Origin: Halobacteriales archaeon
GTDB lineage: Archaea > Halobacteriota > Halobacteria > Halobacteriales > SKSH01
Reading direction: 5' to 3'
Assembly (NCBI GenBank): GCA_007118145.1
Contig: SKSD01000010.1
Location: 69,896-133,895 of the forward strand
DNA length: 64,000 bases
In this document: positions 38,928-50,133 of the stretch, one piece after another
How the letters are laid out: every line of letters starts with the position of its first letter
Numbering within the stretch: position 1 is the stretch's first letter
Made by a program: the position numbers and the translations under genes
The notes under the pieces: model-generated
What the model was told of the DNA's origin: nothing
The model's database searches: none
What the model saw: only the letters and a program-made list of their open reading frames with translations

Positions 38928-40343
38928 TCAGAATACGATGGTCTCGAGGATGATGACCAGCATGATCATCCCGAGGAAGATATTCGAGGTATGGAAGGTG
39001 ACCAGCGCTGCAGGTCGCGTCTGACGACGGTATAGGTTCACCACAGCTGTGAGGAAGACGCCTGCGAAGATCACCGAAATGACAGCGAATATCCACCCAA
39101 GGGAGACGGTCGCTGCGAGGAAACCCACCGCTGTGAGCGTCGCTGCAAGGTAGAGGACGATATGTCGATGGGTGACACCTTCTCCATGCACAATCGGCAA
39201 CATCGGGAAGCCACCAGCCTGGTAGTCTCGTTGGTAGACCAACGCAAGATTGTAAAAATGAGCTGGAGTCCAGAGGAACACAATCGCACCGAGGACGAGG
39301 GCTGGTACGCCGATCGACCCGGTCACCGCAGCCCAACCTATCAGCGCCGGAAGTGCACCGACCGCCCCACCGATGACGATATTCTGCGTCGTGTTCGGTT
39401 TGAGAACCACCGTGTACACGATGCTGTAGAACACGATCGCCAGTAAAGCGAGCAACGTTGCGACGAGGTTGACGAGACTGATGAACACGATCATCGACGA
39501 AAGCGCGAGACCGACACCGAATAATAGTGCGCGTCGTGGTGGTACCTCTCCGGCCGGGACTGGTCGCCGAGCGGTGCGGTCCATCTGTTGATCGACATCA
39601 CGCTCGATCACGTGATTGAACGTCCCTGATGCACCGATGGCTAACACCCCACCGACGAGCGTCCCGGTCACCATCTGCCACGTGATCGCCACCCCTGAAC
39701 TGACGGTCGCGAGTCCGATCCCTGCCAGTGCGACAACACAGAGCAGCCACATCAGTCGCGGCTTGGTGAGTTGTACATAAGCCCACAGTGATGGTGTCGA
39801 TGTGGCAACCGAAGTGGCATCTTCGTCGCCATCCAGAGTTGGTTCCTGACGAACTGATGAGACGTACTCAGACTGCACTGCACGTGTCTCCCACTCGAGC
39901 CAAAAGAGGAGTGCGACCATAGTTCCCATGAAGATCGCGATGGCTATCCCGAGGTGGATGCCCGAGATAGCGGTGCTCCCTCCGTGAATCGCTGTCAACG
40001 CACCCACCGCCACTTGAAGTGGATAGATGAGGACGACACCGGTGAGCGTCAGGCGTACCTTGCGTGGTACCGCGTTGAGCCATGACCATATCGTCGCGGA
40101 TACGAGGCCAATACCGACGATGACTGACAGTAATCGGTGGCCCATCGCGATAAGCACGTCCGTATCGCTGACGTTCACCATCCATGAGCCATCACACGTC
40201 GGCCACGTGGTGCATGCGCTGACCGCCTCGACGTACGACACGGTGACACCTGAGATGAGCAACGCATACACGGCGAGGGCGAGTCCTACGAGAACGGTGG
40301 TGAACCCGTTTTTGAACACCTCTGTACGTAGATCTGATGACAT
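38928..40343 (-). CDS. ctaB: Heme o synthase (CtaB/CyoE) fused to an N-terminal CtaA/COX15-like half domain
   Basis: N-terminal CTTWPTC...GHR; C-terminal LTKPR, ERDVDQQMDRTARRP and WTPAHF. Confidence 0.9.
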   Translation of the reverse strand: MSSDLRTEVFKNGFTTVLVGLALAVYALLISGVTVSYVEAVSACTTWPTCDGSWMVNVSDTDVLIAMGHRLLSVIVGIGLVSATIWSWLNAVPRKVRLTLTGVVLIYPLQVAVGALTAIHGGSTAISGIHLGIAIAIFMGTMVALLFWLEWETRAVQSEYVSSVRQEPTLDGDEDATSVATSTPSLWAYVQLTKPRLMWLLCVVALAGIGLATVSSGVAITWQMVTGTLVGGVLAIGASGTFNHVIERDVDQQMDRTARRPVPAGEVPPRRALLFGVGLALSSMIVFISLVNLVATLLALLAIVFYSIVYTVVLKPNTTQNIVIGGAVGALPALIGWAAVTGSIGVPALVLGAIVFLWTPAHFYNLALVYQRDYQAGGFPMLPIVHGEGVTHRHIVLYLAATLTAVGFLAATVSLGWIFAVISVIFAGVFLTAVVNLYRRQTRPAALVTFHTSNIFLGMIMLVIILETIVF

Positions 40344-40558
40344 CGAATGGTTGATTGGTGTATGGTCGGCAGCGGGATAACAAATACACTACGATACGGT
40401 GAATCCGTCACACCTGGTCTTGATCTGATTGTACACCCTGCCACAAGTCCAAGGGTGGATCTTCAACTCCAAGGGATTTCGAATCACGATTGATTATGGG
40501 TATCACTTCTCACCCACTGGAAGCAACCGACCGGCTTTTACACGACTGAAACGAAGCT

Positions 40559-40957
40559 GTGAGTATGCAACGAGAAATTCATGTGAGCCGCCGACAGATG
40601 CTCGGAGCAGTCAGCGGAACGCTCACCGTGGGATTGGCTGGATGTGTGGGTGATGATGACAACAACAATGACGTCGACAACCTCGTCTACGCAGGGACGG
40701 ATGACGCACCGTTCCAGTTCGTCCCCGATACGATTGAGGTGAGCGTCGGTGAGACGGTCAACTGGCGTTGGGGGACTGACACGCACAACATCGTTGTTGA
40801 ATCTCAACCAGATGGGGCTGACTGGCCAGGCCATCCAGAGATCCAAAACACCAACCACGAATACTCCTATACCTTCGAGGTCCCGGGGACGTACGAATAC
40901 GTCTGTGAACCACACCGAGGAGTGGACATGTACGGTACCGTCATCGTCTCTGACTAA
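40559..40957 (+). CDS. Halocyanin-type blue copper lipoprotein
   Basis: Tat motif SRRQML, lipobox LAGC, type-1 Cu ligands HNIV and CEPH...M. Confidence 0.9.
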   Translation: MSMQREIHVSRRQMLGAVSGTLTVGLAGCVGDDDNNNDVDNLVYAGTDDAPFQFVPDTIEVSVGETVNWRWGTDTHNIVVESQPDGADWPGHPEIQNTNHEYSYTFEVPGTYEYVCEPHRGVDMYGTVIVSD

Positions 40958-40988
40958 CTAACTGAAATCTACCTTAAACAGTTGTTAC

Positions 40989-41368
40989 GGGATTTCAAGC
41001 GAAAAGCCCGTGCGCTAGTGGAGGATGCATCCGGCGACAGGGACGCTGATTCCAGGTGTACCATACCGGATAATATATCCTAACGTAAGGATATCGGGCG
41101 AAAATTGGAGTTGGGTAGGAGTTTCCCTCCACTTAAGCGAACCCTGCGTCGGATGGCTACTCGTCCAATGAGGGTGAGTCGGGTCGATGACAATGCCTGT
41201 GAGGTGAACGTGGACACCCAAACGCACCTCGTCTCAAATGAAGTCCGATACACGACTCACGAAACACAGCCAAATCCCCGTGGTCTGGTCGAGGTGCCTA
41301 AGGGAACGGAGATCGGGCTTTGCTGTTTCACAAAGGAATCTGCGCCCGGCAGGGCTTGAGGACATCAA
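40989..41368 (+). mobile_element. Non-autonomous IS200/IS605-derived element, copy B
   Basis: TTAC at 40985-40988, GGGATTTCAAGCGAAAAGCCCG left end, GAGGACATCAA right end; homologous to 31798-32115. Confidence 0.72.
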
Positions 41369-41437
41369 TCACGTACACATCTCACCCACCGAACAGAGAT
41401 GGCCTTGGTATTTGCATTGAGGGAGCTATGTGCAATT

Positions 41438-41475
41438 GTGACGTCCCCCAACGGCTAAAGCCGTGAGATTTCCTC
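41438..41475 (-). mobile_element. IS200/IS605-family end hairpin remnant
   Basis: GTGACGTCCCCCA-ACGGC-TAAA-GCCGT-GAGATTTCCTC. Confidence 0.6.
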
Positions 41476-41804
41476 AGTTACTGTCAGCGATGCCGAGGTC
41501 AGTGTGCAGGTATGCTAGCTCAGAACTCTCGTCAGTACCGTTCGTTCACCGTCCGGAACAGTATCCATCGATTGGCGTGGTTTGACCTGTGTTGCCGGAC
41601 TCGAGGGCGACGTGTTTCATGTCTTGTTAGCGATACGCTACATGTGTGTCTTATCGAAGTGAACGTTTGCTGTGAATATCGTCCATGAACAGCAGTCTCG
41701 CCTGTATGTGCACTCGCGCGGTATGTGACCCCCGAAGGTATGTTCACTGCTGAGCCATGAGAATCACCTAGCCAATTTAGGATGTCGCCTCCGACGATGC
41801 TACT

Positions 41805-44504
41805 GTGGCGAATCAATCGAGTCTCTCACCGTCATCGATAGCCGATGTCGATGATTGGCATAGCATCCACTATGAGGAGCTATTGACCCGATTGGAGACC
41901 GATGAGGAGGGACTGAGTCGGTCTGAGGCAGCACATCGGTTGGAGACGTTCGGACCAAACGATATCGAGACAGAAGAGGGTACCTCGCTGTTTCGTATCT
42001 TCCTTGAACAGTATACCTCCGTCCTGATCTGGGTCCTCATAGTAGCTGCCATAGTTATGGCAGCGGTGGGTCACACGATCGATGCCGCGGTCATCGCAGG
42101 TATCGTCGTGTTCATCACCATCTTTGGCTTCCTTCAGGATTACCGTGCCGAGCAAAGTATCCAGGCACTCAAGGAGATGGCCACCACGCACGCGATCGTC
42201 CGCCGTGAGGGATCGAAGCTCGAGATAGATGCACAAAAGGTGGTCCCTGGTGACATCGTTTTCGTCGAATCAGGTGATATCGTTCCGGCAGATGCTCGCT
42301 TACTTGAGGTATCCAACCTCCGTGTCGATGAGGCGATCCTGACAGGAGAGAGTGTCGGGGTCACCAAGGACACCGAACCGGTCGAAACCGACATCTCAGT
42401 CGCTGATCGGACGTGTATGATGTATCGCGATACGACCGTCCTACGAGGCTCTGGTATCGGAATCGTCGTCAACACCGGGCAGCAGACCGAGGTCGGCCAG
42501 ATCGCAACGGCACTCGGCGAGGCAGAGGAGCGAGATACGCCGTTTCAGACGGAGATGGACCGACTCGGCAAGCTCATCGCTATCGGTGTCATCGCCATCG
42601 TGTCGGTCATCGCATTTACCGAGCTCATCATCGGTGACACCGAACCGCTGGATGTATTTCTCACCGCGGTAGGGGTCGCTGTATCGGCCGTTCCCGAGGG
42701 GCTCCCAGCAGTGGTCACCTTGTCACTGGCCCTCGGTGCGCGACGAATGGCCGAGCAGAACGCCCTCGTGCGGAGGTTGCCCATCGTCGAGGCACTCGGC
42801 TCGGTGAACGTCATCTGCACGGACAAGACCGGGACGTTAACCGAGGAGGAGATGACGGTTCAACAGATCGTCTCAGGAGAACAGCATATCGAGGTGACCG
42901 GGAGTGGGTACGATACCGAGGGTGAGTTCCTGGTCGATGGTGAGCCCATTGACATCGAACCACACATCGAGCTGTTCCGTTGTAGTATGTTGTGTAACAA
43001 CGTCGATATCGGAACTCGAGAGGACGCTGAGGGTGAAGATATCGCTTATTTAGGCGACCCCACCGAGATCGCACTTTTCGTCAGTGCTGAGAAGGCAGGG
43101 ATCGACCACGACCGGGTTGATCAGGAGTTCCCACGCACAGGAGAGGTCGAGTTCACCTCAGCTCGAAAACGCATGACGACGGTCCATGAGCATCCAGAGG
43201 GTGGTCACGTTGCATACATGAAGGGTGCACCGGAGGCAGTCCTTGAGCGGTCCTCACACGAGCTGATCGGTGGTGAGATCATCGAGCTCACAGACGACCG
43301 TCGTGCTGAGTTAACACAGACGGTCGAGAGTCTCGCGGAGGATGCCCTCAGGGTCATGGGATTCGCGTATCGACCAGATGCACCTGCTGATGCATCTGAG
43401 GATATCGAGGATGAGATGGTGTTTCTTGGGTTACAGGGTATGCTCGACCCGCCACGACCTGAGGTTCCAGATGCCATCGAGGGATGTCTGAACGCTGGTA
43501 TTCGCGTGATCATGATCACCGGTGATAACGCCATCACGGCGAAGGCTATCTCGAAGGAAATCGGTCTCGACGCTTCCTCCGTTGTGACGGGGAAGGAGAT
43601 CGATGCCATGTCGAGCGATGAACTCAGCGAACGCGTCGAGGATGTCACCATCTTTGCACGCACCTCACCAGAACACAAATCGACGATCCTCCGCCGATTA
43701 CAAGATAACGGCCACGTCGTCGCGATGACAGGCGACGGCGTGAACGATGCACCGGCGGTGAAGAACGCCGATGTCGGTGTGGCGATGGGTATCCGTGGGA
43801 CCGATGTGACTGAACAGGCATCGGATATCATCCTCCTCGATGATAACTTTGCAACCATCCGTGATGCGGTGAGAGGTGGCAGACGGATCTTCGACAACGT
43901 TCGTAAATTCGTCAATTACCTGCTCTCTGGGAATGGTGGCGAGGTGACGATGATCTTCACTGGGTCGATGGTGGGGTTCGGGCTGGTAATCACACCGATT
44001 CAGATCCTGTGGATCAACGTGGTGACCGATGGTATCCCAGCGCTATCCATGGGGGTAGACCCAGCTGCTGACGATATCATGGATCGCCCACCACGACCGC
44101 GTGATGAGGGGGTCATCACGCGACGGATCGTCACGTCGATCATCGGTATCGCCCTGTTTATGACAGCGTGTCTCTTGCCAGTGTTCTACATCCATCGTGA
44201 CGACATCGTCCTCGCCCAGACGATGATCTTCACCGGGTTCGTCCTCATGGAGATCGTCCGCATTCAGGCGATCAGGTATCGTTACGGACTCGGTCTCTTC
44301 TCGAATCGATGGCTCGTCATCGCCGTCGCGGTGGCGTTCATCTTGCAACTATTGGTCCTATACACCCCCATCGGGCAGACCTTGTTCAGCGTCGAACCAT
44401 TGACGCTCACACACTGGGGTCAGTTACTCATCGCCGCAGGCGCCTTCGTCGTGCTGATGGCCATCTTCGTCAAGGTACAAGACCGATACTTCGAGCGCTA
44501 CTGA
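41805..44504 (+). CDS. Cation-translocating P-type ATPase (type IIA, Ca2+-like)
   Basis: TGES, VPEGLP, DKTGTLT, KGAPE, TGD and GDGVND motifs. Start uncertain. Confidence 0.95.
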   Translation: MANQSSLSPSSIADVDDWHSIHYEELLTRLETDEEGLSRSEAAHRLETFGPNDIETEEGTSLFRIFLEQYTSVLIWVLIVAAIVMAAVGHTIDAAVIAGIVVFITIFGFLQDYRAEQSIQALKEMATTHAIVRREGSKLEIDAQKVVPGDIVFVESGDIVPADARLLEVSNLRVDEAILTGESVGVTKDTEPVETDISVADRTCMMYRDTTVLRGSGIGIVVNTGQQTEVGQIATALGEAEERDTPFQTEMDRLGKLIAIGVIAIVSVIAFTELIIGDTEPLDVFLTAVGVAVSAVPEGLPAVVTLSLALGARRMAEQNALVRRLPIVEALGSVNVICTDKTGTLTEEEMTVQQIVSGEQHIEVTGSGYDTEGEFLVDGEPIDIEPHIELFRCSMLCNNVDIGTREDAEGEDIAYLGDPTEIALFVSAEKAGIDHDRVDQEFPRTGEVEFTSARKRMTTVHEHPEGGHVAYMKGAPEAVLERSSHELIGGEIIELTDDRRAELTQTVESLAEDALRVMGFAYRPDAPADASEDIEDEMVFLGLQGMLDPPRPEVPDAIEGCLNAGIRVIMITGDNAITAKAISKEIGLDASSVVTGKEIDAMSSDELSERVEDVTIFARTSPEHKSTILRRLQDNGHVVAMTGDGVNDAPAVKNADVGVAMGIRGTDVTEQASDIILLDDNFATIRDAVRGGRRIFDNVRKFVNYLLSGNGGEVTMIFTGSMVGFGLVITPIQILWINVVTDGIPALSMGVDPAADDIMDRPPRPRDEGVITRRIVTSIIGIALFMTACLLPVFYIHRDDIVLAQTMIFTGFVLMEIVRIQAIRYRYGLGLFSNRWLVIAVAVAFILQLLVLYTPIGQTLFSVEPLTLTHWGQLLIAAGAFVVLMAIFVKVQDRYFERY

Positions 44505-44551
44505 TAGTTGTCGCCGACGTTATTTTATCGCAGGGCCACCTAGCATAGCAC

Positions 44552-44737
44552 ATGAACCTTCATTGCCTCCTCTATGGTCACATGTGGCGTCATCCAGGGG
44601 AGTTCTCCATCATCCTCTCGAACGAACATGGACCCATCCATCCGTTCGCGTGTGAGCGGTGTGATTCTCCTGGAGCACTCCAATCTATCGACGGGGAATG
44701 GCTTTCTGACCTTGACGTCGATGACTTCAGCATCTGA
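44552..44737 (+). CDS. Small Cys/His protein (possible zinc finger)
   Basis: HCLLYGHMW...FACERCD; fills the gap between two genes; acidic tail. Confidence 0.55.
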   Translation: MNLHCLLYGHMWRHPGEFSIILSNEHGPIHPFACERCDSPGALQSIDGEWLSDLDVDDFSI

Positions 44738-44752
44738 CAAAGTATGATACCC

Positions 44753-46069
44753 TCACTCCTCCTTGGCTGAGCGGGTGACATCGACGTGATACTTACTGAG
44801 TATATCGCGGCCGATCAGCACCGGATACTCCATATGGCCTCGGTCCTCGACACTCGCGGTGACCGTATGCCAGTGGCCATCGATACCGACGAGGAGATCG
44901 ACAACCGGGCGTGCCTTCGACTGTTGACGGAGCCCAGAGCGCACACGTGTTTGATGCTTGATCGGACCCGCTCCGATCGACGCTGCGAGCTCAAGGTCGA
45001 TACTCGTCCGACGTGCACCCGTGTCTGATTTTGCCAAAACACGTTTCGTACCAGCCGTGCCGGTGACGGTCACCTGCTCGGTATACCCGATGATCGGTCG
45101 TCCATCGGCATCGATCGCTTGTACCTCCGCTGGCAGACACGACGGGACTGAATCGTCGAGCTCGCTGGCGATCGAGGTGACGGATGCATCGTCGACAGAC
45201 TGACCTGCCTTCTCGATGGCGAGTCGGGCGATATATGGCGCTGGACTCACCCCGGTCGCCTTGAACAGACCCCGGAATCCAGCTGTTGGGTTGACCTCGA
45301 GGACGAACCATTCATCGTCACGGTGGATGATGTCGATCCCGGCATAGTCTAGCCCGATGACCTCCGTTGCCTTGTGTGCCATCCGACCGACCGCTGGGGG
45401 GAGTTCGTCGGTTGCATCGGCCACCTCACCACCCTCCGCCACGTTCGTCCTGAACTCGCCCGACCGTGCCGTACGTTTCATCGCACCGACGATCTCATCG
45501 CCAATCACGTAGACACGATAATCGAACGGGTTGGTATCCGATGTCGGGATGAACTCCTGTAAGAATGCCTGGCGGTTGACTGCCATGGGTTCGAGGGGTT
45601 GATCCACATCGACGAGCTGAGTTCCATCACCGTGTGTTCCAATGGCGAACTTGTAGACAGCTCGCTCGTCGAAGTGTGCCCGGGCATCGTCGAGTCTGGC
45701 TGGATCAAGGGCGAGATATGCCTCTGGGACGAGGATGTTCTCCTCGACTAGGGAGGTACCGGTCGCGAACTTATGCATCGCTCGGAGTACCTTACCTGGG
45801 CGGTTGAGGACTGGTACCACATCCTCGAACATACTGGCAAGACCGAGTAACTCAGCAGCCTGATCGGTTCGTGAGAGCAACAGCCGGTTCAATACCACAT
45901 CAACGTCCGGGTCGATCTCAATCCCATCTCGAGTGATATGTATGGCTGTGTTCTCTCGTCTCAACCACTCGGCTTCATGACCGAGGTCCTCGATCGCATT
46001 GAGGATAGCCTTCGTCTCCTTGCTGGTGTGGAGGCTTAACACACCGACGCGCACAGGGGATTCATCCAT
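44753..46069 (-). CDS. RimK family ATP-grasp ligase fused to a C-terminal retropepsin-like (putative protease) domain
   Basis: GTHGDG, QEFI, DYRVYV, FRTNVAEGG, LEVNPTAG; C-terminal DTGARRTSID...LIGRD. Confidence 0.88.
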   Translation of the reverse strand: MDESPVRVGVLSLHTSKETKAILNAIEDLGHEAEWLRRENTAIHITRDGIEIDPDVDVVLNRLLLSRTDQAAELLGLASMFEDVVPVLNRPGKVLRAMHKFATGTSLVEENILVPEAYLALDPARLDDARAHFDERAVYKFAIGTHGDGTQLVDVDQPLEPMAVNRQAFLQEFIPTSDTNPFDYRVYVIGDEIVGAMKRTARSGEFRTNVAEGGEVADATDELPPAVGRMAHKATEVIGLDYAGIDIIHRDDEWFVLEVNPTAGFRGLFKATGVSPAPYIARLAIEKAGQSVDDASVTSIASELDDSVPSCLPAEVQAIDADGRPIIGYTEQVTVTGTAGTKRVLAKSDTGARRTSIDLELAASIGAGPIKHQTRVRSGLRQQSKARPVVDLLVGIDGHWHTVTASVEDRGHMEYPVLIGRDILSKYHVDVTRSAKEE

Positions 46070-46262
46070 CGTTATCGCTCATCCATAGTTTTCTTGATGA
46101 ACCCTCATAGGTTCTCTGGGATGGAGTATACTCACGGCCATCACACTGATGAGTTTCCGCATGCCTGTTGGGTCGGCTATCAGTAGGGGACGACTCAGTG
46201 TTTATCCCCGATGACGAGGCAAGGGTCTGTGCAACCCACGATCGCGGGTTGTGAGAACCCCT

Positions 46263-47183
46263 ATGCACGAATGCACTCACCACCTATCTCGCAGGCAGTT
46301 ACTGAAGCACACCGGAGTGGCGCTCACCACAGTGCCAGTGCTCAGCTACGGCCTTGGCACTGCAGCAGCTAGATCTCACCCATCGATACCACTCCTCGCA
46401 GGACGACATACAGAGGTGGGAACGCTCGATATAGACCTCAGTGGCGAGGAGGTGACCGTGAGCTACGATACCGGTGCCACGGCTTGGTACCTCGATGAGA
46501 CGCACCTCCACATTGGTGCTTCCCTCGAGGATGTCCCTCGGACTCCAACAGGCAATCCGATCATCGGTCAGTTCGATCACACCGGGGAGGAGGTGACTGA
46601 TGGAGGGACCAAGGTCGTCTACCACGGCCTTGGCGTACCTGAGGGTACAGATGAGTTGATCATCGCGGCACATGCAGTCGTCAGCCAATCGGGTGAGCAC
46701 GATACTGCATGGGCAGATGGTGAACCGTTCATACCCTCGGGGAAGGGTAGCTGGGCCACCTATGTCAGCCTCTCAACACGAAAGTGTATCTCACTCAACA
46801 TGCAACGCGAAGCCCAGTATATACAACTTCGAGATCTCGACCTCTGGGACCCGTTCATCCTCGAGATGTATGCTGTGGAAGACGGTGACGTACCGCTCGG
46901 CGGTGAGCGTGATGTCCTGATCAGCGTGACCAATCACCATGGTTCGCTCGACGACGCTCCCACATCGATCGCACATGGGATGGTCGAAGAGCTACCGTTC
47001 ACCGATGGGAGAGCGAACATCTCGATCGGTGGGTACGACACATCCGATCCAGTCGACCTAACCATGCCTTGCTCCGTCGAGCACCTCTGTGAGGTCAATC
47101 ATATCGAGACGATCGACGTACTGATCGACAACGGTGGTGAGGTGACATCGCTGTACGTCTGTCAACGTTCAGCGACTACGTGA
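46263..47183 (+). CDS. Tat-exported hypothetical protein
   Basis: SRRQLLK plus a hydrophobic region and an AAA cleavage site; beta-rich domain LLAGRH...ETHLH...IAAHAVV...TAWADG. Confidence 0.7.
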   Translation: MHECTHHLSRRQLLKHTGVALTTVPVLSYGLGTAAARSHPSIPLLAGRHTEVGTLDIDLSGEEVTVSYDTGATAWYLDETHLHIGASLEDVPRTPTGNPIIGQFDHTGEEVTDGGTKVVYHGLGVPEGTDELIIAAHAVVSQSGEHDTAWADGEPFIPSGKGSWATYVSLSTRKCISLNMQREAQYIQLRDLDLWDPFILEMYAVEDGDVPLGGERDVLISVTNHHGSLDDAPTSIAHGMVEELPFTDGRANISIGGYDTSDPVDLTMPCSVEHLCEVNHIETIDVLIDNGGEVTSLYVCQRSATT

Positions 47184-47200
47184 GCAAGTCCGCAGGCAAG

Positions 47201-48349
47201 CTATTCGAACCGATCGAGTATCCGGCGACGTCCACGTTCAAGGAATAAACCCACGGTCAGCAATATCACACCGGTAATCACGAGTGCGATCGATCCCGGG
47301 AGTGCGTCACCGAGTGTTGTGAGAAGGAACGTGAGCACCTGCGCCAGGAAGGCGACCACCACCAGGTTGATCATCGACCTGGTCTTGGAAACGAGCCCAA
47401 CCCCGACGAGGGTGAGAAGTGCCACAAGCAATACTGCGTGGACGAGGAGGAACGAAGCCATCGCAGGGATCGGCGGTGTCAACATGACAAGGCCGAGTCC
47501 GAGGATACTCGCGAATAAAGATACCTCAACCATGAGCATATCTGTCACCGCGAACACGTCACGCGAGTATCCGATCGCCACGACCAACCCGATGACCAGC
47601 CCGCCGAGTAGTAACCCGAGCAGGAGTGGTTCGAAACTTGGTTGTATTGTTTCGACATCACCACGTTGGATACCGATGAACAACAGACCGCCAATCACCG
47701 GGATCACACCCACTAACTGATATACCGCGGCGAGCTGGGATGAGCTTCGTCGAACCGCAAATCCAGCACCGATGATGAGCACACCGGTCATAGCCAGAAC
47801 GTATGTGGCATCCTCAGTCTGACTCGCAACAGCCACAGACGTGAGAAGCACCACGATACCAATCGCGGTCGTGAGGCGTGACCGTACCACGTGACCAGCT
47901 GGGATCGCACAGACAGCCCACAGGAGGAGGGGCACCTCGACACCGAATTCGGGTACGTGCATGTCCATCAACAGTATAAACATCGGCCCGAGTAGCAACA
48001 CTCCGAGGAACCACAACGCGAATCCAACCCGAGGGAAGTGCTTCCGCCTAAGCCAGACTCCAAGTCCACCTACCAACGAGGGCGCGAGGATCACGATGAC
48101 CGAGCGGCTAGCTGTCCCAAGATCACCCCAATACGTCCATAACAGCAACAACGCACCTGCACCAACAAGCGCAGATCCCATCAACGAGATAATCTCGATC
48201 AATCGACGGTCAAGACCAGTTACCTCAGTCGGGTCATCAGGTGTGACCACTCCAGCTTCTATCGCTCGAATCTGGCGAGCTGCCTCATCGTCGATGATCT
48301 CGGCCTCGAGCCACCGATCGATCGCTTTGTCCAATTCATCCCGGTCCAT
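47201..48349 (-). CDS. DUF2157-like membrane protein
   Basis: IDRWLEAEIIDDEAARQI N-terminus followed by about 10 TM helices. Confidence 0.75.
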   Translation of the reverse strand: MDRDELDKAIDRWLEAEIIDDEAARQIRAIEAGVVTPDDPTEVTGLDRRLIEIISLMGSALVGAGALLLLWTYWGDLGTASRSVIVILAPSLVGGLGVWLRRKHFPRVGFALWFLGVLLLGPMFILLMDMHVPEFGVEVPLLLWAVCAIPAGHVVRSRLTTAIGIVVLLTSVAVASQTEDATYVLAMTGVLIIGAGFAVRRSSSQLAAVYQLVGVIPVIGGLLFIGIQRGDVETIQPSFEPLLLGLLLGGLVIGLVVAIGYSRDVFAVTDMLMVEVSLFASILGLGLVMLTPPIPAMASFLLVHAVLLVALLTLVGVGLVSKTRSMINLVVVAFLAQVLTFLLTTLGDALPGSIALVITGVILLTVGLFLERGRRRILDRFE

Positions 48350-48515
48350 CCGTGATACCCTTGCCAGTCGACAAGTTAGTTCACTCAGGATAACTGTCTT
48401 TATCCTTATGTCAGATAATCTTATATAATTTCCTCTGTTACCCCGGCCATGGCACTGTTGAAGTCAGAGTAAACCGCAACAGGCACATCACGCGACGGCA
48501 TACCCAGCGGTATCG

Positions 48516-49193
48516 ATGGGCGTTGCCGAGGAATTCGATGCTTGGGCAGCGGATGGCCGTGATAAAGGGATGGAGGAGCACCATTGGCACACCGCGAAAC
48601 ACGTGCTACGTCGGATGCCAGTCGAACAAGGCGAGCGAATCCTCGATCTCGGGACCGGATCTGGATACGCGCTACGAGCCCTACGTGACACAAAACAGGT
48701 CGGAGCTGGGTATGGACTCGATGGATCTCCCCGGATGCTAGCGAGCGCCGCAGGGTACACGGATGATTCAGCCATCGGGTTCGTCTTGGGCGAATTCGGT
48801 AGCCTCCCATTCCTCCCCGACACCATCGACCATGTCTTCTCGATGGAGGCGTTTTACTACGCATCGGACCCCCACCGAACACTCCAAGAGGTGAGACGGG
48901 TCCTCCGCCCAGGAGGTACCTTCTACTGTGCGGTCAACTTCTTCGAGGAGAGTCGTCACACCCACCACTGGCAAGATTCCATCTCCGTCGAGATGACGCT
49001 ATGGGATCGGAGTACCTACCGACGTGCCTTTCGAGACGCAGGGTTGGTCGTTGCAGAACAAGATCTGATACCAGACAGGGAGATCGAGATCCCACCCGCC
49101 GATGCATTTCCCACCGACAGTTATGCTCAACGCGAGGACATGATCGACCGGTATCGACGATGGGGGACACTTCTCACCGTTGGAGTCGCCTAA
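48516..49193 (+). CDS. Class I SAM-dependent methyltransferase
   Basis: ILDLGTGSG and RVLRPGG motifs. Confidence 0.9.
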   Translation: MGVAEEFDAWAADGRDKGMEEHHWHTAKHVLRRMPVEQGERILDLGTGSGYALRALRDTKQVGAGYGLDGSPRMLASAAGYTDDSAIGFVLGEFGSLPFLPDTIDHVFSMEAFYYASDPHRTLQEVRRVLRPGGTFYCAVNFFEESRHTHHWQDSISVEMTLWDRSTYRRAFRDAGLVVAEQDLIPDREIEIPPADAFPTDSYAQREDMIDRYRRWGTLLTVGVA

Positions 49194-49215
49194 TTCAGAA
49201 TCGTGACCTCACACG

Positions 49216-49890
49216 TCATTCGGGGATCGACTCGACGATCTCGATGCCTGATGACGTCCCGATCCGGGTCGCACCGGCATCAACCATCTCGAGCGCCTCC
49301 TCAAAGGTTGCGATACCTCCAGATGCCTTGATACCGATCCCCTCACCGACTGCCTCTCTGATCAGTCGGATTTCCCGTGGGGATGTCGGGCCGTCATATC
49401 CGACCGCTGTCTTGACGAAATCAGCACCTGCCTCCTCAACCAATCTAGCGGCAGTTGCTATCTCATCATCTCCTAAGGCTGGGGATTCGATGATACACTT
49501 CACGACTGTCTCCGGTGCTGCCTCCTTCACTCGGCGGATATCGTCGACGACGTACTCGTGATCACCGTTGCGAAAAGCAGTCCGATTCATCACCATATCA
49601 ATCTCGTCAACAGCATCGAGAACGGCCTGTGTTTCTACCACTTTGGCCCGTGTCGTTTGCACACCGTACGGAAAACCGATCACCGTGCCCAGGCGTACCT
49701 GGTCATCGAGAAGTTCTCTGGCCAAGTTGACATGATATGGCACGACGACAACTGAGAAGAATCCATACGAATTGGCGGACGAACAAAGCCTCGAGATGTT
49801 CTCCCTGCTGGATACGGGATCGACGTTCGTCTGGTCCAGGATAGACACGATCTGGGCAGGAGATTCACTGAGTTCGGTGAGCAATGACAT
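49216..49890 (-). CDS. deoC: Deoxyribose-phosphate aldolase
   Basis: VIGFPYG, EIDMV, KCIIE, FVKT, IKASGGI and RIGTS motifs. Confidence 0.92.
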   Translation of the reverse strand: MSLLTELSESPAQIVSILDQTNVDPVSSRENISRLCSSANSYGFFSVVVVPYHVNLARELLDDQVRLGTVIGFPYGVQTTRAKVVETQAVLDAVDEIDMVMNRTAFRNGDHEYVVDDIRRVKEAAPETVVKCIIESPALGDDEIATAARLVEEAGADFVKTAVGYDGPTSPREIRLIREAVGEGIGIKASGGIATFEEALEMVDAGATRIGTSSGIEIVESIPE

Positions 49891-50133
49891 ACTGAATGGT
49901 GCAGGTGCAACACCCATAATGATGTTGAGAGCGTTCACCGTTTTGAGCAGAGCAATCCACCCAGCGGTACTGTCGAACTAGGACTATGGATCTATGATAT
50001 CCAGTGGTTTGTCAGACCAGATTCCTAAATACATTCTGTTGTTCTGGAACCAATAAAAAGGGTCAACTCGTTACTGGCATGTGGGAATCTACGTAGCACG
50101 TTATTGGTGAGATAACCGCATCTCTAGTCAGTC

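Noticed and set aside
38928..40343. CtaA-CtaB fusion as a novelty
   Set aside because: This fusion is familiar in haloarchaeal heme o synthases.
40448..40476. TCCAAGGG repeated 20 bp apart between ctaB and halocyanin
   Set aside because: Only two 8-bp copies, too weak to call an operator without comparative data.
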